DNA of 54,319 nucleotides from an uncultured Bdellovibrionales bacterium (GTDB lineage Bacteria; Bdellovibrionota; Bdellovibrionia; Bdellovibrionales; JAGQZY01): NCBI GenBank assembly GCA_965368905.1, contig CBDUOS010000003.1, positions 1 to 54,319 of the forward strand, read 5' to 3'. Shown piece by piece: positions 47,627 to 54,319 of this stretch (position 1 is its first letter; each line of letters starts with the position of its first letter). The notes under the pieces were generated by a model. It saw only the letters and a program-made list of their open reading frames with translations, ran no database searches and was not told where the DNA came from. The position numbers and the translations under genes were made by a program.

Positions 47627-48457
47627 CTATGAGTTTTCCTTAGCGAGCTCGTGGTCTCGCATCAATGCTTTATTAAAACTCATTCTTAGGATTCCTTCAA
47701 GTTCAAGCTCACGCATAGACTCTAATCCGGCAGCTGTGACCCCTTTTTTTGACGCAACCCTTACAGTTTGTTGGTCAAAACTCACATCTGGGCTTTCTGC
47801 GGCTAACTGAGCCGTGCCTAAAAAAGTCTCGATGACAACTTTTCTAGCAACATCGGGGGCGATTCCGTTCTCCTCGACCCAATCTTGCCAATATTTCATG
47901 AGCTCTAGGATAAATCCGGTCCCACTCGCCGAGGAGATCATAAGGGCCGAGAAGGCTTCTCCCTCTTCTGTAGACACCACATATCCCAAAGGGGAAAAAA
48001 GTTTTTCCATTAAGTGTTCCAAGATGATGTCGGGCTTCTCTATACAGAAAGAAACCACCGCCTTGCATATAAAAATGGGCGTGTTCGGCATCACTCGAAC
48101 CAACGAAGCCTCTTGAATGTATTTGCGAAGAGTGGACAGCTGAATTCCAGCGGCCAAACTGATTGCTACTTTGTCAGCGGTGAAGGTGTTACGCAGAGGC
48201 TCTAATAGATCTAGTAAATCTTGTGGTTTGGTGGCCAAAATCACAATGTCTGACTGCTCCACCAACTCTTCAGCCGTCTCTACCGCATTCACTTGGAAGC
48301 GACTGACCATTTTTTGCACTTTTCCAGGTGTGCGGTTGTGGATATAGACTTGTTCCGGTCGAAGAGTTTTACTGGTCATCAATGCCGACAAAATGGCTTG
48401 CCCCATGTTGCCCAGACCGATAAACCCAACTTTCTTATCTTGTAAGGAAAAATTCAT
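47627..48457 (-). CDS. proC: Pyrroline-5-carboxylate reductase
   Basis: GFIGLGNMG, ATKPQ, RVMPNTP, VASKKGVT. Confidence 0.94.
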   Translation of the reverse strand: MNFSLQDKKVGFIGLGNMGQAILSALMTSKTLRPEQVYIHNRTPGKVQKMVSRFQVNAVETAEELVEQSDIVILATKPQDLLDLLEPLRNTFTADKVAISLAAGIQLSTLRKYIQEASLVRVMPNTPIFICKAVVSFCIEKPDIILEHLMEKLFSPLGYVVSTEEGEAFSALMISSASGTGFILELMKYWQDWVEENGIAPDVARKVVIETFLGTAQLAAESPDVSFDQQTVRVASKKGVTAAGLESMRELELEGILRMSFNKALMRDHELAKENS

Positions 48458-48516
48458 AGGTCACCCCAGCACCATACTGTTACGAAGTGACCAAAATAGC
48501 AATGACTATTCCAATT

Positions 48517-49194
48517 TCACGAGCGCGGACCCATTAGCGATTCCCCTAAACGCACCATAGTAGCGCCTTTGCGAATGGCCAATGGAAAATCTTGGCTGGT
48601 TCCCATAGATAATGTTCGGAAGCATGGTGGGTTTTGTTTTTGGCATTTGTAAAATAGATGGGCACAGCGTTCAAACCAATCCAAAGTCTCAACCGAGTCC
48701 TCTGACAATGGTGGAAAAAACATCAGCCCCTGCAACACCACTCCAGGAGCCTGCAAACACAGGCGGACCAAACTCTCAAGTTTTTCAGGTGCGACCCCTT
48801 GCTTCGAGTCTTCCCCAGCAATATTGACCTGAATAAGGATTTTTTGACTGCAGTTTTTTTGCTGAGCCACCTGTGAAATTTTCTCCACCTCTACCGAGCG
48901 TGAAACGGTTTGAATGAGCTCAAACTCACCGACAATATCTTTGATCTTTTTTGACTGCAGTTGTCCAATAAAGTGCCAATGAATCGGAAGGTCTGAGAGT
49001 TCTTCTTTTTTCTGCAAAGCCTCTTGTAAATAGTTTTCGCCAAAGTCTTTCATTCCAAGTTGAACCAAGGCTCTTATTTTTTCTATAGGTTGCTTTTTTG
49101 AAACGGCTAATACAGTCGGTTCAGCTCGGCTCGGGTCTTCTCTCAATGTTTCAGCAATCTGCTTATTAATATTTTTAAGATTTTCTTCTAACAT
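48517..49194 (-). CDS. yggS: PLP homeostasis protein YggS
   Basis: LAVSK, FGENYLQE, WHFIGQLQ, LSMG, GATMVRLG. Confidence 0.95.
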   Translation of the reverse strand: MLEENLKNINKQIAETLREDPSRAEPTVLAVSKKQPIEKIRALVQLGMKDFGENYLQEALQKKEELSDLPIHWHFIGQLQSKKIKDIVGEFELIQTVSRSVEVEKISQVAQQKNCSQKILIQVNIAGEDSKQGVAPEKLESLVRLCLQAPGVVLQGLMFFPPLSEDSVETLDWFERCAHLFYKCQKQNPPCFRTLSMGTSQDFPLAIRKGATMVRLGESLMGPRS

Positions 49195-49774
49195 CCCAAC
49201 CATTCTCTTTGATGACGTGACTGATCTTTTCAATAGGAAGTCCGATCACATTTTTTAAAGACCCACGATACTCTTTTACAAATTTTCTAGCTTCCCCTTG
49301 GATGCCGTAGGCTCCTGCTTTATCTCGACAATCGCCCGAATCCACATAACGTTTGATATCGTCAAAGGCCAGTGTAAAGAACTCCACTTGGGTGGTTTCA
49401 TGTCCCAAGATGAGACGTTCGGTTGTGAGATCGAACAGACAAAAGCCTGTAATGACCTCGTGGACCTGGCCCGACAGCTGGTTTAAAATATCAATAGAAT
49501 GTTGATCGTTTTTCGGTTTACCTAGGATCTGATTCTGAAAGACTACGACGGTGTCGGCTCCGAGCAGTAAAATCTTATCTAATTTTGGCAACTTAGGGCT
49601 CTGTTTGGCAGCCTCGACCTTTTGGCGAGCGCAATCAGAAATTTGATCAGGTAAATTCAGGTTTTTATTAAGAATTTCCGATACTTCTATTGGAAAGGTG
49701 TGGAACTCATAGCCCTCTTCCTCGAGGATTTGGTTTCGGCGGGGTGATTTTGAGGTGAGTATGAGTTCTCGCAT
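49175..49774 (-). CDS. maf: Maf nucleoside triphosphate pyrophosphatase
   Basis: SKSPRR, GADTVV, LGKP, DKAGAYGIQ, VIGLP. Confidence 0.95.
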   Translation of the reverse strand: MRELILTSKSPRRNQILEEEGYEFHTFPIEVSEILNKNLNLPDQISDCARQKVEAAKQSPKLPKLDKILLLGADTVVVFQNQILGKPKNDQHSIDILNQLSGQVHEVITGFCLFDLTTERLILGHETTQVEFFTLAFDDIKRYVDSGDCRDKAGAYGIQGEARKFVKEYRGSLKNVIGLPIEKISHVIKENGWDVRRKS

Positions 49775-49802
49775 GGGGACTTTTTAAAAAAAAGGTTGAA
49801 AA

Positions 49803-50702
49803 ATGGGAAGTGATTTATTGCTTTATTTGGGAATCTTGTTGGCAGGCTTTTCAGTTCTGTGGACAGTGTATACCATATTCTCTGTAAACGAAGACAGCAA
49901 AGCTCTATCGTGGGCCACAGGCGATCAGCCTGACAAATCTGAATCACCAATTATTAACATGTCGCGCCCTTTAGTCCATCAACTGACTATCAAGTACGCG
50001 AAGCGCATACAAAACAAAAAGTTCCGCGACAATATCGAATACAAAATCATGACGGGTGGTTTGGACAACGAGCTCAATGTGGATGAATTCATTGGCTTGA
50101 AAATGCTTTGGGGTATTTTCTTTCCAACTCTAATCGCAATTTTGAACTTTTCACTTCAACTCGGTTACCCATGGTTTGTGATTGCTGCCGCCGTTCCAAT
50201 GGGCTGGATGATTCCTGATTTCCATGCCAATAAACAAAAACAATTGCGTTACCAAGCGATCATTGTCGATCTCCCATTCTTCGTCGATCTTTTGGCATTG
50301 TCGACCCAAGCAGGAGCTGACTTTATGGGAGCGATTCAAAAAATCTCGGATGCGGCTGAGAACAGTTTGCTCGGAAAAGAATTTGATAAAGTTCTTCGCG
50401 ACACACGCCTTGGAAGCACGCGTGAACAGGCGATGAAGTCAATGTCACGACGACTGGACATCCCAGAAGTCACGAGTTTTGTGAACGTTCTTACCGATGC
50501 CGACGCCACCGGCGCCAGTATTGGGGAAGTCTTAAAAGAACAGTCCGAACAAATGCGACTAGAAAGGTTCGTGCGTGCAGAAAAAGCAGGTGCACGAGCA
50601 TCACAAGCGATTTTATTACCGATGATGATGTTTATTATTCCTGCGGTTTTTATAATGGTTTTTGCCCCTGTTGGCCTTCAGTTTGTATACGGAGGTCAGT
50701 AA
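49803..50702 (+). CDS. tadC: Tad/T2SS-F family inner-membrane platform protein
   Basis: LPFFVDLLAL, G.TREQA, RAEKAGARA..ILLPMMMFIIP. Confidence 0.88.
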   Translation: MGSDLLLYLGILLAGFSVLWTVYTIFSVNEDSKALSWATGDQPDKSESPIINMSRPLVHQLTIKYAKRIQNKKFRDNIEYKIMTGGLDNELNVDEFIGLKMLWGIFFPTLIAILNFSLQLGYPWFVIAAAVPMGWMIPDFHANKQKQLRYQAIIVDLPFFVDLLALSTQAGADFMGAIQKISDAAENSLLGKEFDKVLRDTRLGSTREQAMKSMSRRLDIPEVTSFVNVLTDADATGASIGEVLKEQSEQMRLERFVRAEKAGARASQAILLPMMMFIIPAVFIMVFAPVGLQFVYGGQ

Positions 50703-51050
50703 ATGACCACCATGATAAACCAAACAAAAAGTAAAACCCTTGTGGCAAAGCTAACGATCGCAAAAAGCTTTCGTAGTCGGGCTCAAGGTTTAATCGGAAG
50801 AAAGACTCTTCCTGAAGATGAGGGTGTTTGGTTCCCGAAAAGCAATTGGATTCACACTTGCTTTATGTCGATGCCAATCGACGTGATTTATCTCGACAAA
50901 GAGATGAAAGTAAAAAAACTCCAACCTCATCTAAAACCTTGGCGTCTGCCAGCACCTGTGCTGAGCGCATCTTCTGTTTTAGAAGTGACCAAAGGATTCA
51001 TCGAAAAGAACGACATTCAGGTAGGAGATTCACTCTATGTGGGCGATTAA
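50703..51050 (+). CDS. DUF192 family protein
   Basis: A.SF.SR..GL, IHTCFM..PIDVIYLD, VLE. Confidence 0.88.
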   Translation: MTTMINQTKSKTLVAKLTIAKSFRSRAQGLIGRKTLPEDEGVWFPKSNWIHTCFMSMPIDVIYLDKEMKVKKLQPHLKPWRLPAPVLSASSVLEVTKGFIEKNDIQVGDSLYVGD

Positions 51051-52677
51051 GGTTCTTAACGGCCCACACGCGGGCAGGATATTTCAAATGAAAGAGGGTA
51101 GCCATTCGCTCGGCCGTTCGGCACAGGCCTCATTGCGCATTAAAAGCGCATCCATTTCAAAAGTCCACGCCAAGATCATGGTGACAGAAGACAAGGTAAT
51201 CATTTCAGACAATCGTTCCAGTAACGGCATTGTTGTGAATGGTGTTAAAATTCAAAACAAAGCGTTAAGAGCCGGCGACAAATTTGCATTGGGAGATGTG
51301 ATTTTTGATGTGATCCAACTCCCTGACTACGTTTCGATTCTGCCAGAAATGGACACACCCAGACCAAGTCCTCAAACCCAAGCCTCTGGTAACAACGCTT
51401 TGATGGCGCAAGACTTTGGGATGCTTCAACCCCAATCCAATGATGTTCAAGTATTGGCCTCATCAGTCAAGTCAGAAGCCAAGCAAGATCAACATCAGGA
51501 TTTATCCATTCAGGAAAAATTTGAAAACTATATTGAAGATGTCGCTCTGCCTGGGGTTTATGAATACTCTTACAAGTTTGATCTGAAATATGTTGTCATG
51601 TCATTCGTAGTATTCTTTGTTCTGTTAGTCACAGCTCTTTCTGTAATTCCAGTCATCAAAGTCTCTCGCGATTTTGTCGTGGATGAAAGCACTCGACGAG
51701 CGGATTCTCTTGCTAAAATTCTTGTGCAAGAAAACCGTGACTTTGTTATTAACAAAAATGAAATCAGCATCAACGTGCGAGCAGTAATGAATGAATCTGG
51801 CGTCGACCAAGCTTTTATTGTCGATGCACTCGATGGACATATTATAGCCCCTATCAAACAACGAGGGCGCTATGCGCAAATTTCATTTGTACAACGAGCC
51901 CGAAAAAAACCTGGTCGTTATACAGAAGTACTTGATAACCGCATTGGAGTCAGTCGCCCTATTCTCTATACCAATCCACTCACTGGCGAACCTTCTCCAG
52001 CCGCCTATGCCATTATTCTATACAACCTAGACCGAGTCGCCTTGGATGTGCCAAGAACACTCAGCCTAATGATCCAAATATTGATTATTACTATGCTCGC
52101 AGGAGCTGTTCTGTACTTTTTCTTATATAAGGTCATCACCAAACCCATTTATGACCTAAATGAAGAGATTAACATAGCCCTAAAAGATGGCACCAATAAT
52201 ATTGAAGTGAAAACTCCAACACCAATCTTTCAAAAACTTGTATCTAATATCAATAGTGCCCTATCTCGCATGAGCCAAGAAGACTCTAACCAGATGTCTG
52301 TCGGAATTGGTGATAAGTCAATGGAAGCCTCTGAGCTTGTTGAGATGTTTCCTGTCGCCGCACTCGCTATCTCGCCAGAAAATGAAATGATTCTGGCGCA
52401 AAATGCCTACGTGGCAGGGCATCCACTTTTTGATGAACCCGATATCAAAGACAAGTACCTAGATGATTTAACAGACCCCTCTTTGGTGGAGTCATTAAAA
52501 GATCTTCTGCAAAAAGCTGTGGATAACCCCAATCAGAAGCACACCAATCCATTGCCTTCGGCCAATGGAATTAATTTTGAAGTTTCGATTAAATCAATCC
52601 AAGAGATGGGATCTATTAGTTATTACATAGTAAGTTTTGCTGAATATTATGAAGATGAGGAGAGCTTCGAAGAGTGA
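51037..52677 (+). CDS. FHA domain membrane protein (two TM, periplasmic domain, cytoplasmic tail)
   Basis: LGR..ISKVH..SSNG FHA; two TM segments; KPIYDL HAMP-like start. Confidence 0.85.
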   Translation: MWAIKVLNGPHAGRIFQMKEGSHSLGRSAQASLRIKSASISKVHAKIMVTEDKVIISDNRSSNGIVVNGVKIQNKALRAGDKFALGDVIFDVIQLPDYVSILPEMDTPRPSPQTQASGNNALMAQDFGMLQPQSNDVQVLASSVKSEAKQDQHQDLSIQEKFENYIEDVALPGVYEYSYKFDLKYVVMSFVVFFVLLVTALSVIPVIKVSRDFVVDESTRRADSLAKILVQENRDFVINKNEISINVRAVMNESGVDQAFIVDALDGHIIAPIKQRGRYAQISFVQRARKKPGRYTEVLDNRIGVSRPILYTNPLTGEPSPAAYAIILYNLDRVALDVPRTLSLMIQILIITMLAGAVLYFFLYKVITKPIYDLNEEINIALKDGTNNIEVKTPTPIFQKLVSNINSALSRMSQEDSNQMSVGIGDKSMEASELVEMFPVAALAISPENEMILAQNAYVAGHPLFDEPDIKDKYLDDLTDPSLVESLKDLLQKAVDNPNQKHTNPLPSANGINFEVSIKSIQEMGSISYYIVSFAEYYEDEESFEE

Positions 52678-53615
52678 GTGCTGCTAAACGAAATATCTTT
52701 AAAGCTATAGATTTTTTGGTCAAGGTCCAATCAGGACCTGACGCTGGAAAGGCTTATCGCTTGCAACCTCCCAAAATTGTCGTCGGCCGAGATCCGCGAT
52801 GTCAGATCCCATTGACGGACCCAAAAACCAGTCGCAAACAATTGGTTATCAAGTTTGACAACAATGTCATCTGCGAAGATGTGAGTTCACGCAAAAATAC
52901 TCTTGTGAATGGAAAACCCTGCGGGAAAACAGTACTGCGTCCAGGTGACAAGATTTCTTTTGGGCAAACAACATTGGTTTTTGAAACTAAGGCTAATGAA
53001 AATGCCCAACCGCAATTGGCTGGAGCCAAACCTCCAACTGAAGATGAAATTGAAAAGCAGGCAGGACAGAAAAAGTTTCGTCTATTCCTTATTGCCATTC
53101 TAATTATGGCCGGCGCGGTGATCGCCTTAGAAGAAGAGGATGTTCCCATGCCAGAGGAAAACTTGGCTACAAGTGAAGATTTACAAAAACAAATTGATGA
53201 AACTGAAGAAAGAATGTCTTTACGCAGAGAAGAGCTTGATAAAACTAGAGGCAATAAACGGACTGACAACAAATACATATACAGCGTCGAACGACATTTT
53301 ATTTCTGGTTTTAGGGACTTCCAAAATGGTAGATACAGTCGAGCTTTGGATTCATTTGGCACGACCATAGCGACAGAACCAGAACACACTCGAGCTCAAC
53401 TTTATTCAAAAACGGCTCGCAAAAAGAAGTCGGACCTAATTGACACTCATCTTCGCGATGGACAGAAGTACAAGGAAAAAATGATGTACAACCGATGTGC
53501 TGCGGAATTCGAGAAGGCTTTGGTGCTAATTAATAATGTGAATTCTAAGAAATACGCTCTTGCAAAAGCGCAGTTTGATGAGTGCAGCATGATGAAAAGA
53601 GGAGGCTTCAAGTGA
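52674..53615 (+). CDS. FHA domain - TM - TPR-like protein
   Basis: VGRD..SRKQ..SRKNT FHA; TM; helical TPR-like C-terminus. Confidence 0.82.
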   Translation: MSAAKRNIFKAIDFLVKVQSGPDAGKAYRLQPPKIVVGRDPRCQIPLTDPKTSRKQLVIKFDNNVICEDVSSRKNTLVNGKPCGKTVLRPGDKISFGQTTLVFETKANENAQPQLAGAKPPTEDEIEKQAGQKKFRLFLIAILIMAGAVIALEEEDVPMPEENLATSEDLQKQIDETEERMSLRREELDKTRGNKRTDNKYIYSVERHFISGFRDFQNGRYSRALDSFGTTIATEPEHTRAQLYSKTARKKKSDLIDTHLRDGQKYKEKMMYNRCAAEFEKALVLINNVNSKKYALAKAQFDECSMMKRGGFK

Positions 53616-54319
53616 AACTGGCAGCCTTTAAAGATGGACAGTTAGTACAAGAGATCGATTTACAATCGGGCCAGACCTATACGGTGGGTCGAAAAAAGGG
53701 CTGTCACATACAGTTGGATAAAATGCCCGGAATCTCTCGTGAGCATTTTGAAATTGAAAACAGTTCTGGTGAATGGAAAGTCAATGTTCTGTCAGAAATC
53801 AAACTGATCGAGTTCGGTGGTGAAGAATGTCAAGACTTCACCATCACAGGCAATGGCGAGTTTATTCTTGACCCTTATCTCTTTAAATTTAGCTCTGATG
53901 GCACCTCTCAGGTGGGTAATCAGTTCAATGAAATGGCTGAAAACAGTCTTGATGCAGCCTCAAACAAGATGCAAGCGGTGGTGTCTTTTCAAGAAGATTC
54001 AGCTTCAGACCAAGGCGAGATTGATGACGAGGAAAACACGGCCATCCAAAACTTTTCTGGCCTTCCATATATAAAAATCATTGGTCAAGATGGAAAGAAA
54101 TCTGAATACTTTCGCCTTGAGGGAAACCTTTGGATTATTGGCGGGGACGAAGGGGCATCAGTCTACCTGAAAGAACCGAGTGCAGCACCTCAGCATTTTG
54201 AAATAAGTAAAACCGACAAAGGTTTCTTTATAGTTGATCTTGGTTCTAAAACGGGGACTGACTTGAATGGCCAACGCCTAACGGCGAAAAAGCCGACTCG
54301 CCTGCTCAGTGGTGACATC
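53612..54319 (+). CDS. Tandem FHA domain protein (truncated by window end; absent from ORF track)
   Basis: GTGA overlap, SD GGAGG; MKLAAFKDGQ..VGRKK..ISREHF, acidic linker, second FHA-like IGGD..APQHF..DLGSKTGT..SGDI. Confidence 0.85.
   Translation, partial: MKLAAFKDGQLVQEIDLQSGQTYTVGRKKGCHIQLDKMPGISREHFEIENSSGEWKVNVLSEIKLIEFGGEECQDFTITGNGEFILDPYLFKFSSDGTSQVGNQFNEMAENSLDAASNKMQAVVSFQEDSASDQGEIDDEENTAIQNFSGLPYIKIIGQDGKKSEYFRLEGNLWIIGGDEGASVYLKEPSAAPQHFEISKTDKGFFIVDLGSKTGTDLNGQRLTAKKPTRLLSGDI

Noticed and set aside
52802-53389. 195-aa Ser-rich antisense ORF
   Set aside because: Mirror of Glu/Lys-rich codons in the FHA-TPR gene
53817-54074. 85-aa ORF from the track
   Set aside because: Out-of-frame overlap with the FHA gene starting at 53612
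1-54319. tRNA, rRNA, IS, prophage, CRISPR or known anti-phage genes
   Set aside because: No such signatures seen by eye; covariance-model and HMM searches would be needed to exclude them fully

Overview
Chromosomal segment of a Bdellovibrionota-like predatory bacterium. This assignment is inferred from short tandem flagellins, FQNC-type lipoprotein signals, many secreted hydrolases, and maf-yggS-proC-divIVA divergent from a tadC-DUF192-FHA cluster. No rRNA, tRNA, CRISPR array or mobile element was seen. Housekeeping content: rnr, an ABC1/UbiB kinase, tsaA, ung, lexA, valS, the shikimate pathway and most of the menaquinone pathway. Best leads: (1) a putatively sigma54-driven lipoprotein in which a Cys-rich stalk and a GGDG linker end in an Asp-Pro bond followed by an FrpC-type self-processing module, a possible covalent 'grappling hook'; (2) a sigma54 promoter with a tandem palindromic enhancer upstream of a secreted CHAP/NlpC-like hydrolase and a candidate immunity gene; (3) an aroB-aroA-aroK/D/E operon collinear with the eukaryotic pentafunctional AROM protein; (4) a structured RNA between the flagellins whose loops are complementary to both flagellin ribosome-binding sites; (5) a PspC-PspA operon with unknown membrane partners; (6) an FHA-trypsin fusion and a Tad/Kil-like FHA cluster. 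All calls come from manual motif recognition; no searches were run.
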